Source of the DNA: Xylographa opegraphella
Lineage: Eukaryota
Length of the DNA stretch: 64,000 nucleotides
Assembly: GCA_022813865.1 (NCBI GenBank)
Contig: JALDZX010000010.1
Span: 124,001 to 188,000, forward strand
Reading direction: 5' to 3'
Shown here: positions 1 to 13,359 of the stretch, piece by piece
Position numbering within the stretch: position 1 is the stretch's first letter
Layout of the letters: each line of letters opens with the position of its first letter
Program-made: the position numbers and the translations under genes
Notes under the pieces: generated by a model
What the model saw: only the letters and a program-made list of their open reading frames with translations
What the model was told of the DNA's origin: nothing
Databases searched by the model: none

Positions 1-21
1 AAAAGTTCTGTCAAAACATAC

Positions 22-637
22 CTGCATTTCCAAGCTTCTTGCCAAACTTCTTGCCGTTCTCATCAAATTTGCTCCGTCCTGCACCATCACCTCCCGCCCC
101 ACTTTGGCTGACGGTCAATGGCATGTTCCCATAGTTATTGTTTTGCTGTGGAGTTGGGGGTGGCGGAGCTGCTGCTCCGGCGTTCTTGTCTTCGAGGATG
201 TTCACATAGCTGCGTGGAAATATACCCTCGTGGCCGGTTCGTTCGTTATGACCTTTTGCCCAGTCGGCATTCATGAACTCGAGGACCTGTATACGGTCGT
301 TTGGAAGAAGTGCCAAATCTCCGGTATCTGTAGGCGCATACGCGTATAGAGCCGAGGCTCTGGCGAGACATGGTGGACTTGCGTAGGCAGGCGGTGGCAC
401 GGGCGAAAGACTGGGCGAATAGAAACTTGAGGGTTGCTTCTCAGATATCGACAGATTGCCGAGGCTGGTGGTGGGAGGTTGCGTGGTAGCAGAGGCCGAC
501 GAAGAGGGATCTGGAAGCAGAGCTAAGATAGAAGAGAGCTGCGAAGCACTGAGGAGCGAGGTGTCCGCAAGAAATTCGAGTTCAGTACGAATAGTGCGGA
601 GGGAGCGATTAGCTATCGCTTTGGTCGTCGGGTCCAT
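22..637 (-). CDS. LSB1: SH3-domain protein, Lsb1/Pin3 family (3' end runs off the window)
   Basis: SH3 motif ASALYAY...DLALLPNDRIQVLE...DWAKG...EGIFPRSYV and family C-terminal KKFGKKLGNA. A GTATGT donor at 21 opens an intron; the last exon lies outside the window. Confidence 0.8.
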
Positions 638-1239
638 ATTAGATCCGATGGTGCAATTTCCGGTAACTACGTTGAAGCAAGCAGATTGGAAGTTTGATAT
701 GGCAGATACACGAGTTGCGATGTCTTGTTGTAGATGTGAAGAGTGGAAAGAATGAGGACTCGCGTCTCCCTACTGACTGAATAATGGCCAGGTACTTGCC
801 TATGGCTGTGCACGCTGTTCCTGTTCCTGGTGCAGTGAGGCGCAGCGATCAGCTTAGCCCTGTCCCGATCCGGGATAGCCGCCTTTGCACGTGCCCTCAT
901 GGAATCGATGGCGGGGTCGTTGCCGGATGGCGTCCCGATTGACCGCAAGAAGACGGCCTCCGCAAATCTTTTGCGACGTGGAGGGGTTCCACTCCACTAA
1001 AATTTGGGGATTCGCAATCAGTTCTGCCTGCGGTATTCGCCTCTCCGAGCGGGATCAGGAGAATTTATTCTGGAACTATAGGATTTACAGCCTAATTGCA
1101 GGCGGGATCGGCCCCACGTCATGTCGCGGCGCAAGTACTTAACAGCAATGGATGCTTCCACCCTTCCCACTCTTCCCCAAGCTTTCATTACATACACAAG
1201 TATTGTCAATTCAGCGAACCTATCAAATCACACTTCAAA

Positions 1240-2490
1240 ATGTCTTCAGATTCAGTCCCAAAGATGGAATATCGTTATCTCGGCCGATCAGGCCTGAAGG
1301 TATCGGCCATCTCCCTTGGAGGTTGGCTCACATACGGTGGCCATGTCGAGAATGGTGATTGACAAGCATCGTGTATCTGGAAGCTTTATGTTTCGCTAAC
1401 GCTAGTTGTAGAGGGCACTTTCAACTGCATGAAGGCAGCATACGACTGCGGTATCAACTTCTTCGATTGTGCCGAAGGATACGCCGGTGGTGAATCCGAG
1501 AAAGTGATGGGCGAGGCAATCAAGAAATTCGGGTATTTATATCTCCTGATGTAATTCTGCAACCACAGTGGCTGACATTGTTGCAGCTGGAAACGCAACG
1601 ACCTCGTCATCTCTACCAAGATCTACTGGGGCGGGGCCAATGGCGACATCAAAGACAACAATGGTGGTCTTTCGCGAAAGCACATCGTCGAGGGTGTCAA
1701 CCTGAGTCTTGAACGTCTACAACTTGAATACGGTCAGTTGGTCTATAGTTATCTCAGAGCGCTCAAGCTGACATGCACAAGTCGACCTAATCTACGCCCA
1801 CCGACCTGACCGTGATACACCAATCGAGGAAACTGTTCGTGCCTTCAACCACATCATCAACACCGGAAAAGCATTCTACTGGGGTACCTCGGAATGGAAT
1901 GCCGACGAAATTGCCACTGCGTGGGGCATCGCCAACAAGCTCAATCTGATCGGGCCAGTAATGGAACAGCCGCAATATAACATGCTCGCTCGCGAGCGTG
2001 TTGAGAAGGACTATCTCTCCCTATTCGAACACTACGGCCTTGGTCTTACCATCTTTAGCCCCTTGAAGATTGGTATCCTGACCGGAAAGTACAACGACGG
2101 CATTCCCTCCGACTCCCGATTGGCCACCAGCGACGACAACTTCGTTAAGAGCATGAACAGCAAATTTGGCGACGAGGACTGGGTGAAGCAGCTGAAGGTC
2201 GTGAAGGCTCTTAAGGTGAGTTGTATTGCTACGCCCCATGAGCACCATACTGATTCGTGTCAAAGCCCATCGCGGACAAACTTGGCTGTGACCAAGCTGC
2301 CCTGGCTATGGCTTGGGTCCTCAAGAACCCCAACGTTTCCAGTGCTATCACCGGAGCATCCAAACCCGAGCAGATCTACAAGACCGTGAAATCGTTAGAA
2401 GTCGTTCCAAAGCTGACCCCTGAAATAATGAGCGAGATTGAGAAGATTTTGGACAACAAGCCTGCGCCTCTTACCAGAAGGTTCTTCTAG
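1240..2490 (+). CDS. Aldo-keto reductase, voltage-gated K+ channel beta-subunit (KCNAB)-like
   Basis: Exons 1240-1354, 1412-1532, 1587-1732, 1782-2215, 2266-2490 splice in frame. Motifs [77 protein letters not shown]. Confidence 0.93.
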
Positions 2491-2670
2491 GTTTGTCGAT
2501 GTTGGTATATCAATGTTATCGTAGATAAAAGCTTATAGATAGGCGCAATTACGGCTTAATCTTCCAGTTCTGATGGTGCTATGCTTGAATTGGTTGTCAT
2601 GTTCAAGATGCTATTGTACGACCAAAGTGTGCTTTCGTTACACGTTAAACTTCACATATCATTCCTCCCG

Positions 2671-3556
2671 TCATTCCTTTACGCCATCAATCCAAACATC
2701 CACTTTCTCATTATAAAAGCAAAGCAATCCCGCAATGGCAGACGACTCCAGAATCGGAAACTTGTAATACCAGATCACATCCTTGTGCTCCTTGCCGTTC
2801 ACGGTGAGGTTGTAGTAGCTCGCATCGCCCTTATACGGACAACTCGTGACCGTGGCGCTCTCACTCAGCAGGCTCGGATCGATGCAGGTCGCGGGCAGAT
2901 AATATCTCGTGCGAAGCATCGTTTCGAAGAGGAACGTCGCATTCGACGTCTCGGCCACCGTGACGTCGTCAACCACGATCCGCACGTGCCGCGATGAGCG
3001 CCGGTTGTCGACCCTCTTGTACGGGTCCACTGGGTGCACGCAGATGCGCTGGTCTTCCTCGAACCAGGCGTCCATGGCTTTGAAGTCGAACCGTACGAGG
3101 CCCGCCAGCGGGCCGCCGGTGAAGACCAGCACGTTGGGGATTTCGCGGGCGGGCGTGCGGAAGGTGCATAGCATGATGCTGGGGGAGTGGTCGTGGGCTT
3201 GGACGAAGTCGGCGTTTACGTCGGAGCGGGGGACGTAGTATCTGGGGTTGAGGGATTAACTTCTCGTGGAGGAAAGGGGAAGGTTTTCCTCTTTCTTTTG
3301 GTGGTGGTGGTGGTTCTTACTGGGGATAATAGGGGTGCTCCCAGACGTATTTGGCGTGCGTGGTGTCGACTATGTATTTCCCATCTTGGAGGATTCGGAC
3401 TCTTTTGGGGGAGTCTTCGACTTTGAAGGGGCCTTTGGATGCTAGGTTGTCGGCGAGCTTTTGGATGCTGTGTATGTCAGTTACTGTAGTAGAATAGTTT
3501 TGGGCATAGTTGTTTTGGTTTTGTATATTGCCTGCATAAGATACTTACTCTGACAT
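2671..3556 (-). CDS. DUF427 (NTP_transf_9) tandem-domain protein
   Basis: Exons 3556-3549 (8-nt ATGTCAGA), 3467-3321, 3241-2671. Motifs VWEHPYYPQYYVP, HPVDPYKRVD, LFET..RYYLP, TSCPYKGDASYY, LCFYNEKVDV. Confidence 0.88.
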
Positions 3557-4774
3557 TTTATACGCCGAATGATTTTCACTTTAAATCTATAGCTAGTTGT
3601 TAAAAACCCGGATCAATGAAATAAGAGATCTGGACGCCAGAGGAGCGGCGATGCTTCCTACAGCCGTCGCTTACGATCGAAGGATGGTATACTGCACAAT
3701 TGTTCTTCGCTTCAACAGGGCTGGAGTGATTAGTGAGCAGAAGAAATCACGCCGCCGAGCAGTTAGTCACAAAAACAAAAAATTCGCTGCTGGATAAGAG
3801 TATATTGATAGATCCAATCGTTACAGGCTGTAACACTGTGGGAATTCTCTAAGATTTGATAACGAGAAGGCTGTATGGTTCAAAGAACGGAATCTTTTCC
3901 AAGGGCGATGACAAATGCATACGCAGCCGCCGCCTATCCAGGGCGTAACAGAGCGGCTCGTCTGGTTACACAAGAGACTCGTGCTGGAGAGGCTATAAGT
4001 ACCTCACTTCTCCTAGTTATAGCTGTCTATGCGTGACGATTCTTGCCATTGAATGTATGTAAGGGTGCTCGCCAGTAGCACATCGGAGGGCCACAGTGGC
4101 TCAGTGGCTCATGAACGTTAAATTCTGTCAAAGCTAATTTTAGCGAGTGAGTGTGCTGATTGGTTCGTTGCACTGATGTATCCTCCTTCGTCTCTACCAG
4201 ATCATCCCAGCCCCGGTGTCAACGTCTTTTCACGCCGGAAATAGCTCTGCGTAGCTATCCAAACTCGCCCTTCATCCTTCATTGGACCAATCCTTGACTC
4301 ACGCTCTCGTCGGACCGGTAACGCTGCCGAAAGGAAGTATCTCGCACGCTCTGCATGTGTGACATCTACAGACCAATCGAACTTCGGCGCCGGCTGTGAT
4401 CCTGGGACAACCTCTTCAAAGCAGCCCACATCTAAAGTGTTAATTAAGGCGCTGGATTCTGTCCTGATTTCGTAAGTTTCGCGGCTTAGATTCGGCGTCA
4501 CCTTCGAAGTCCGCAGCGCCCTTGGTCTCCTTTTAACATTTCTTCGGTTCACATTCTCTGCGTCTTCCAGCACACATGTCTACATCTGCCATGACTCTGG
4601 TTCTTACTGATCATCCGTCTCGGGCTCTCTCTCAATAAGCCTAGACTTGTTTTTTAGTCTTCTGTCAAGTTGCGGCTGAGTCATTCATTTCACAGAGAGC
4701 TGCGGCTGATATCCTGCTCAGGACCTTTTTTTCAACACCGGTGACAGGTTCATCCACTTGAATCTTTCACCACC

Positions 4775-7665
4775 ATGACGTCCCAATTTGATGATGAAGA
4801 GCTGTCCATGTCGTTGTCGAGTCCGGTGGATCGTCGCGGTCCATCCAGGCGTTCGGCTGCAAGTCAAGCCCGGGCTCCTCCTCAGCAGGTTACCAACACA
4901 GTCCACGAATTGCCACAAGATAGTCGTGCTGGCCAACGTATTGGGCAGTATACTGTCAAGAGAACACTGGGCGAAGGCTCCTTTGGTAAAGTAAAGCTCG
5001 CGACACATCGAGTCAGCGGACAAGAAGTCGCGCTGAAGATTATTTCTCGGAAAAAGCTGATATCAAGGGACATGGCTGGAAGAGTGGAGCGAGAAATTCA
5101 GTATCTGCAGCTTCTGAGACATCCTCACATCATTAAGCTGTACGTAGAATTACATTACGAACGGACTTGAAGAAGGTAGATGCTGACACATAAGCTAGGT
5201 ATACTGTGATCACGACAGTGACGGAAATCATCATGGTACTCGAGTATGCAGGCGGAGAACTCTTTGACTACATCGTCAAGCACGGAAAGATGTCCGAAGA
5301 CAAGGCAAGACGCTTTTTCCAGCAGATTGTTTGTGCGGTAGAATACTGCCATCGACACAAAATCGTACACCGAGATCTCAAACCCGAGAACTTACTGTTG
5401 GACAACGAGCTTAACGTCAAGATTGCCGATTTCGGTCTGAGTAACATTATGACTGATGGTAACTTCTTGAAAACCAGTTGTGGAAGTCCCAATTATGCCG
5501 CGCCTGAAGTCATTTCTGGGAAGCTGTATGCAGGGCCTGAGGTCGATGTATGGAGCTGTGGTATCATCTTGTATGTGTTGCTCGTCGGACGTCTTCCCTT
5601 TGACGATGAGTTCATCCCGGCTCTTTTTCGCAAGATCAATTCTGGCAATTATCATACGCCGTCGTACCTCTCATCGGGAGCTCGTCATCTAATCCACAAG
5701 ATGCTGAAGGTGAACCCTGTTCAGCGTATCACGATCCAGGAAATCCGCCAAGACGCGTGGTTCAACGAGAATCTGGAGGACTACCTGAAACCCCCAGTCG
5801 AAGAGTTCATCGATACAGGCGTGGATCCGAACAAGGCTATCGATCCTCGAAAACTCGCTCCCGGAAAGCCTCCTGCTGTTCAAGAGCAAATCCACGAATC
5901 TGTCATCGGAAAGCTTGGGAAGACTATGGGATATGCCAAGGATGATGTTCAGGAGGCTCTTGGAAAGGACGAGCCAAACGCCATTAAAGATGCATACTTG
6001 ATTGTGAGGGAGAACCAGATTATGCAGACAAATCGTAAGTACCAAAGTTTTGCTTGATATGCCATTAATTTTAAGCGCCTTGCTTCTCAAACCCTACATA
6101 AACGCGCTGGACACTTTATCACGACAACGCCTTTGTCTCGGACACCTTTAAGCTGCTTCGAAATGCACTAGCATTTCCTACGTTCACTTTCGTTATCGAG
6201 TGTGCATGCAGTCTTCGAGACCTTTCAGGAACTCGTTCTAACAAGCTATACAGCCTCCCTGACTACAGCAACAAATCTACAGCCGTTTCTTGCAACTTCG
6301 CCACCGGCTTGGGATGTGAACATGCCGTCAACACCTCAACATATCACTTCGCCTCTAGCTCTTGCTGACAGCTCGCAAACGTTTCCTACTGCTTCTACCA
6401 TGCCTCCGCTTCGTCAACACCAGCATACAGAGACGGGGACATCCGAGTCAGCACCAGACAACTATGTTAGTAAGATCGGTATTCTTGCCAGTAGCATGCC
6501 ATACTATCACAATCAGTACATGGAACTGCAAAAGAAACAAAAACAAGCCGAGCGCGAGAAACGTAACATGCGTTCTCAAGGAGAACCTCTCGACCCCTAC
6601 GAAGCGGAATATTTCTCAAAATTATCTATGGACACCGGCCCAAGAGAACAAACTGCTGAGGAGCAAGCTGCGAACACGAGGCGATTGAAGCCACATTCCC
6701 GCTCCACCCTACAGCTACAGTACATCACATCCCAACCCCGCGAGAAGTCTGACGATCTCACTCAGGCAGCAGCCAAGAAACACCGAACTCGCTGGCAGTT
6801 TGGCATTCGAAGTCGTAATCTCCCGCATGAGGCCATTCACTGTGTCTACAAGGCTCTTGCTGCACAAAACGCTCAGTGGGAAGTTCCGAAGCCATCTTCC
6901 ACTCCTCCGACACAACAGCCGAAGACTTATCCCGTCCACGTTGTGGGTGCTACAGCTGTCGATGGCACGCTCTCTCCTGGATCCGAAGGCACCGAAGGCA
7001 CCGAGGAGGAAAAGTCCCTTTCTCGAAGCGAGAAGCATCAATCCACAGACGAATACACGTACAAGATCGGCGCCGATGATGAAGCAGAGCAGAAGAGGAA
7101 GCAGTCTTCTACATCCTCTACGACTACAGAGACCGCCAAAGATTATGACAGCGATGACGATATTGACCCCAATGTCATCCCCGAAGGCTACATCCCGAAG
7201 GATCCGTGGTGCATCAAAGTGCGTTGGCGCAAAGATGGCATGTATCCTCCAGGAACCATCCACCCCAGCTCGGCGCAGAGCAGCCGTCTCGACCTCTTCA
7301 ACGAGACTGGTCACCGCAGCAGCGTGATCGGAAGCATGAGCTCGGCGGCTGCCTCAACCACCAGCGTTGGAGCATCGAGTGTCGGTACAGGAATCGGAGC
7401 CAACGCCGCAGACGGAGCGTGCTACGTCTACATGGACGTGCAGCTCTACACGCTGGAGCCGAACACGGACAAAGTGCAGGGGACGTTCTTGGTGGACTTC
7501 AAGTGCGCAGGGTATGAAAGCCTCGTGGAGCAAGTGGTCAGCGACACGCACAAGATCCTGGTCGGCAGTGGGGTGCGTGTCAAGGACAAGGACGTCACTT
7601 CACCGCAGCCGTTCCTCGATCTGACCAACAAGCTGGTGATCCATCTCGCGGGCGGGGGTGGTTGA
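4775..7665 (+). CDS. SNF1: AMP-activated/carbon catabolite-derepressing Ser/Thr kinase Snf1
   Basis: Exons 4775-5139, 5199-6034, 6254-7665. Motifs LGEGSFGKVK, HRDLKPEN, DFGLSNIMTDGNFLKTSCGSPNYAAPE; UBA region DAYLIVREN; C-terminal WQFGIRSRN and PFLDL. Confidence 0.97.
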
Positions 7666-8659
7666 GGCGGTTCCCTCACAATACAGACCTTTTTGGGCCG
7701 CGATACCGGACTTTTTTTGGAGGCCGGTATGGGCAACTGGGCATTTGGGTCACGATGATGATTGATGATGAAAGCGTGGATACCTGCCGGACAAAACTTG
7801 ATCATTGATGTTTTTCTTCTCTTATAGCTAATCTCGCACAACGGATGTTCGCGCATAGCGCTACCGGGGACGTGGACTGGATGGGCGGAGGTGGCGCTCC
7901 CTGCCGGACTATTCTCGCAGCGATCGATGTGCTTGGTGCTTTGTAGGATAGGATACGCATTCGAAGGCAATGAGAATAGCCACTCTGCCATTTTTCGTCT
8001 GCGCTGCGTAGTTTCATGCTTGTGATCACGATGTTTCGGGAGTCTTGATGGGCGCTGTAGCTGTTCGTTTATTTGGATTCAGTTCTAGGGGACTGCTTCT
8101 CGTCTGCCTATGTGTCCGCCGTAAGTTCTCCGGGCGCGGCTTCCGGGTCTCGGGTGCGGTTCGTTCCGGGGCTGCAGCCGGAGCAGGGTGTTGGAGGTGG
8201 AAGAGGTAGCGGGTTTAGGGGGGTGGAGCGGGTGGCTGCTGGGTGTGGGAGCTGGTGTGGAACATAGCTGGGCGTGATGGACGAGGGTGGGTTACGTGCG
8301 ATTTTATTCACGTGTAGTGCATTACCTCGGTGGAGAAAGGTGCAGGAAGGGCTCAGGTGGTCATACATGCAGCGTTTTCGTATTTGGTACAATGTATCGA
8401 GGACGGAATATATGCTCTTCTCACTCGCAGTGATGGATCCTTTCGGTTCGCTATCGTGGATGTTGCTCCATCCTAGGGCAAGTACTTATCTTGCTGATAT
8501 GCATGCTCAAGTCAATAACACGAACTCGTGTTCTATTAATCGATAACCAAAAAATTGAACCTCATATCTGGGCACAGCCTCAGGATCACAGTAACGTCCT
8601 TAGTACCCTCGCACCAGACCAAGGTAGTCATCCACGCCCCAAGGTCCTTCGCAAGCCGA

Positions 8660-10204
8660 TCACGTCCGCCGCTTCTTCCACGCATTTTGCGCTGCGCTGG
8701 GCATAGGCCTGTATATATCCGTATCGCGTGCGCCTATTCTCTCCCCTTTGCGCGGCGGCGGTTGTTCGTTTGGCAGCGGAGGTCTGTAGGTGTCGTAGTC
8801 ACGCTGTCGCGCATGAGATTGACGGCCACGATCATAATGCATGGGCTCAGCAGCGTATTGCTGGGGTCTCCTGCCCTCGTCTGGACCACGGGCACGGTCG
8901 TTTGCGCCGGACCAGCGATCGCTTTGGCGATTCGAAACTCTGATTTTGCCTCCACGACCACGTGCTGGCGGGGCGACGCGAGGGCGGAGGAAGGTGGATT
9001 CTTCGTCACTATCGAGTGTCGCAGGGGCCTGTTGTGCACGGCCTTTGATGACGATGCCGGACTGGGAATACGAGCCCGCTATACGTCCGGAGGATGGGAG
9101 ACCACCGTGTATGCTCCATGTACTGCTTCCCATTTGCTTGCGAGGATTGCGTGTTGGACAGTCGTTTCCCAGGTGCCCGGCTTGACCACATTCGAAGCAG
9201 TGAAGGGCCACAGTGTGCAAGGCGGCATTGAAAAGGGATGACAGACCAGAAGAGCGCCAGCGGAGCTCGCAGTCACTTTCCACGTGACCGAAAAGTTGAC
9301 ACAGATCGCATTGGATCTCGGACAAGATAAGTCTCGGAAGCTTATAAGGGCACTGCTGTTGATGGTGGCCGGCCTCACGACATTTCTGGCATCTGCGGGT
9401 TTGGGGACAGGAATGAGTAAAGTGGTCTTTGTACTTGTGGCAGGTCTTGCAGATCAATGCCGGGCAGCTAGATATTGTGTGGCCTTCTTTGGCACAAATA
9501 AGGCAGCGGACTGGCTCGCTGAGGAGAACCGTGGAGGGATCCCTAGCGACGTGGAAGTAGCGAAGTTGTTCTGCAAGATCAGCTGCTGGTAAGTCAGCGA
9601 GTTTCATGGGTTGAGTGGCGGAGTCAATCCTGAAGTCGCCTGTGCGGTCTTCACTCCGTTGATTGGCGATGCTCTGATTCACAGTAACTGGTGTGTCTGT
9701 GTCCAGCATTTCCTGTCGTGGTTCTTCAGATTCAACCTCGCCTTCGTCTAAAGAATCTACAATATCTGAGTCTTTTTCGGTCTCCTTGACATCTTCGGGA
9801 CCGTCGACGCTCTCTAGCTTGAGAGTCTCATGTTGCGGTTCAGGCGCATTGTTCTCGAGACTTTGCTCACGTGCTAGATTCAGCACGACGCTGTCCTTCG
9901 CCTCATCAATGGAAGGCGAACTACGGGAGGCTGATGGGGGAGCCTGCAACTGCTGCGGCAAGGAAACAATTCTATTGTTGGTCGTCACTGAGCTCGTTCT
10001 TTGCCCCAGCCGAGGTCCACCAAGTGTGGTTCTGATTCTGGTTTTGGCACCAGTATTCCAAGTCATTGTAGGTGCTTGGCCCGTCGAAGGGCCAGGAGAA
10101 CCTCGTGACTTCTTGGATACCACCATCGAATCTGGATCTTCGAGATCATCAGGAGGTCTCTTGCGGTCAAACGCGACAGTACGTGAGTCGGGTTCGTCTG
10201 CCAT
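8660..10204 (-). CDS. AIR1: Five-zinc-knuckle protein, Air1/Air2 (TRAMP complex)-like
   Basis: Single ORF of 514 aa with five CCHC knuckles: CLICAKEGHTISSC, CKTCHKYKDHFTHSC, CQKCREAGHHQQQC, CDLCQLFGHVESDC, CFECGQAGHLGNDC. Confidence 0.8.
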   Translation of the reverse strand: MADEPDSRTVAFDRKRPPDDLEDPDSMVVSKKSRGSPGPSTGQAPTMTWNTGAKTRIRTTLGGPRLGQRTSSVTTNNRIVSLPQQLQAPPSASRSSPSIDEAKDSVVLNLAREQSLENNAPEPQHETLKLESVDGPEDVKETEKDSDIVDSLDEGEVESEEPRQEMLDTDTPVTVNQSIANQRSEDRTGDFRIDSATQPMKLADLPAADLAEQLRYFHVARDPSTVLLSEPVRCLICAKEGHTISSCPALICKTCHKYKDHFTHSCPQTRRCQKCREAGHHQQQCPYKLPRLILSEIQCDLCQLFGHVESDCELRWRSSGLSSLFNAALHTVALHCFECGQAGHLGNDCPTRNPRKQMGSSTWSIHGGLPSSGRIAGSYSQSGIVIKGRAQQAPATLDSDEESTFLRPRVAPPARGRGGKIRVSNRQSDRWSGANDRARGPDEGRRPQQYAAEPMHYDRGRQSHARQRDYDTYRPPLPNEQPPPRKGERIGARDTDIYRPMPSAAQNAWKKRRT

Positions 10205-11291
10205 CGTAAGGGTACAGTTCGGATCATAAATATTAAAATATCAGCAACATGGAATGTTTTCCTGCTCTAATTTCGGTTAGGTCCGAGGTTTCTGCCAAGA
10301 GTACTAGCGCCAGGAACTGCACTAGTCTACATTTGTGCTTCCAGACTTTCTTCAAGCGATATCAACAGCTATTTCCGGGCCTGTACCAAAGAGCATTGTC
10401 CTACATAAGGCAGCTGCTATTACCTACAGGTGGTGTCAATTCTGTGCAGATACATGGCACAATGTCTGTACCGAGGCACTTTCGAGATCCCCGTTTAACG
10501 CTGTCACGAGAACTAGGAAACCGTTGGTAATATTGAACAAGTGAATGATTTAGTAGCGAAGCACGGAATGCTTGTGATGTCGATTGGTACCTGTTTAGAA
10601 ACCAGGCCTACATCAATTGTGATAATGAACACCGATATTCACAATTTCTCAGTCTGTCGAGTAATGGGATGACGCACTAGCGTTTCGGAGGACGGCTCCG
10701 GGTAGCAAGGATCATGCTAGCGCGCCCTCAACGTGGAGGCAATCCATGCTCACGGGAAGTCGGTTGATGGAACCAGGTATCAACCTCGTCTTCCTCCTTT
10801 GTCCCAATGACAGAATACCTAACATCTGCTACTTTTAACCCGGTACCTACTTGCCAGAGGTGAGCTTGCAGCTCAACTGCTCCAACAGCCGAGCGACGAC
10901 CTTCGTTTCCCTGCCCTTGTGGAGCTCCGAGAGCTCTGGTCACCTTAAGGACTTCCTATCCTTTGAGGTACAAGCGCCTCTGCCTTGAGACTTCCAGTAG
11001 AAGTGTATGACCTCAGCTCGAATCAACACAGCACTTCACACCTGGTCTGCCAGTGGGCTCGGGTGCAGTTGCAGCCTAATCGTGTTGAAATTGGTGCTAA
11101 TCCGCAGAATATAGAGAACGAGACATACCGACCACATCACCATACGCATAGCCTGTTTGATCGCTTCTTGAACTTGCGATCTCCAATACAATACCGCCAA
11201 ACTGTCTTCCCTCCTCCTCCCCCGCACGCTATCCTTCGCTGCCAACACCAATTCTCCTCCGCACCAAAGGCCATCGTCTGTCGAGAAGAAG

Positions 11292-12054
11292 ATGAGTGAT
11301 GGCAAGAAGGGCCGAAGGCGGAGGTCTAGCAGCCTCATCATCTATCAGGAGCCTTTGGAGTCTCCAGAACACATGAGCGATCAGTCAGCCCTCCCAAATC
11401 TGAATGCTACATGGGTCAATTCAAAGGGTAAGTCAGGGGATTCCAGCTCCACCTTGTGTACTATGACAAAGGAAGCGTTCGGTCTTGGGAGAGTATTTTG
11501 TCTCGCACATGTGTGGGAACGGTATTGAACGATAACTAATATGTGCTTGTTTGGAGATCATAAAAAACATGCTAACCCCATTCTTCATTAGGTGCATGGC
11601 TCATACACCCATTCCTCATTTGCCTATTGAAGATCTTCTATGACATCATACCGGGTGTCTCTCAAGAGACGTCGTGGACTCTGACGAATATCTCCTACAT
11701 GTTTGGGTCCTACCTGATGTTTCACTACGTGCAAGGGGTTCCTTTTGAATTCAATGCAGGGGCCTACGACAACTTGAATATGTGGGAACAGATAGACAAC
11801 GGTGACCAGTACACACCAGCCAAAAAATTTCTTCTTAGCGTTCCTATCGTTCTCTTTTTGCTCAGTACTCACTACACTCATTACGACCTGACGTACTTTA
11901 CCATCAATTTCTTGGCTGTCCTGGCTGTTGTCATACCAAAGTTACCTTTCGTAAGCACTTCTCCTGTCCTGAAATCAACGCTCATAGCTGATGTAGTTGC
12001 CAGAGTCACCGCATGAGAATAGGGCTTTTTTCTGGTCCTCCAGAAGACAGATAA
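11292..12054 (+). CDS. ORM1: ORMDL-family sphingolipid homeostasis protein
   Basis: Exons 11292-11427, 11592-11950, 12004-12054. Motifs RRRRSSS, NLNATWVNSKGAW, SWTLTN, FHYVQGVPF, WEQID...TPAKKFL, PKLPFSHRMR. Confidence 0.95.
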
Positions 12055-13359
12055 AAAGCGCTGTTGTCTTTTATCTTGGGTGGGGGGGGGACCATTTGGC
12101 GTGGCAGGCGTCTCAGTGGTTGTGGTGGTCGTTTTGTGGAGCAACACAGGTATCACCTTGGCTAGAATACAGCACATCATCTCCATTCATTTTCCAAAGT
12201 TGATGAAAAGTTGACGAGAAGTTGATATCGAACTTACCATCCTGATCGGAATTACGTATGCTACTCTGTCTGGAACGAGCCTTGTCCCGGCAAACCCATG
12301 TACCTATGGGCCGACTGACTTGATCTCGCCAAGCCATGATCAAAGTCCGACCATTCCGTCGCGACTGTTGAGCGGTTTCGGATCGTACCTGTTGACGGCA
12401 GGATAGCCATTCTTGACAAGCAATAAGGACATGCATTCCACAAATCCGACACTTCCCATCCTCCCAGCCCACCTTTCCATATACCAGACACCGCAATGCG
12501 GGGATCCACTCCCCCTTTCGCTATACTTTCCGCCGCATCCATTACCAGTGCGCGCTCCAAACGTCTTTGAATGGTGACCAGACCGGAGGCTCGAGATCGT
12601 GTCTTGTTCGTGGTGATTGCCCCGTTGCCTCGTGTCCAGCTGCCCATTTTTTCTCTAGTGGCGCTAACGTTTTTGTCCCAGCACACTGGATTCCCCCTTT
12701 ATGTGATTTCCCCTTCTTTTCTCATCGCTCCTGGTCGCTTATATTTCCGTCCTGGCAGCCTGTGCTGCCTTTTGTGTTTTTTTCTCCCCTTCCTTTCGCA
12801 TCGCTCCTGGCCGCTTACGAGCCCATGCTAGTCACGCGCGTTGAGGAGGATGGGATCCTCGCGCTGGTGTTGATATCTTTTCGGGCCGCTGCTGCAGGCG
12901 CGGCTGAGGACTATATGGTGTGTGGTGATGGATAAGTGGAACGGGGAGGGAGTGGTTTTCGGCCTTGGTGCGTTGGCCGCGTGTCTGTGTTGCAGTTGAT
13001 ACGGGAGTGACTGGCGTTTGATTTTTTCGGGGGAAGGTGCTGGTCACGGCTGGGGGGATGGCGTGGGCCAGGTTCGCTGCGGGTTGGAGACGAGATAGAG
13101 TGAAATGCCTGGCGCAAGCGGGTGAGGGAGTGTGTGGACAGACGGTGGATAATCAATTCCATGCAGAAACCAAAGTGTAGGGCAACATCCAATCTCAACA
13201 GCATGTTTCTCGCATTTGGATATATTAAGCTACCATACAGCAACAGGAAATAGCCACACGAAACAGACTCCGAAATCTCACAACCTAATAAAATCTACAT
13301 GCACGCATGACAAGCCGGCTGACGCTCGAAAAATCCACTCCAACCGTCGCTGCATACTC

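Noticed and set aside
7802..8029. Minus-strand LRSADE peptide resembling the TFIIS/Rpa12/Rpc11 zinc-ribbon motif
   Set aside because: The flanking CxxC pairs are absent and no splice model restores them; most likely chance in the convergent 3'UTR region.
11428..11591. Two branch-point-like motifs in ORM1 intron 1, a possible stwintron
   Set aside because: Excising an internal intron does not recreate a valid donor or acceptor for an external intron.
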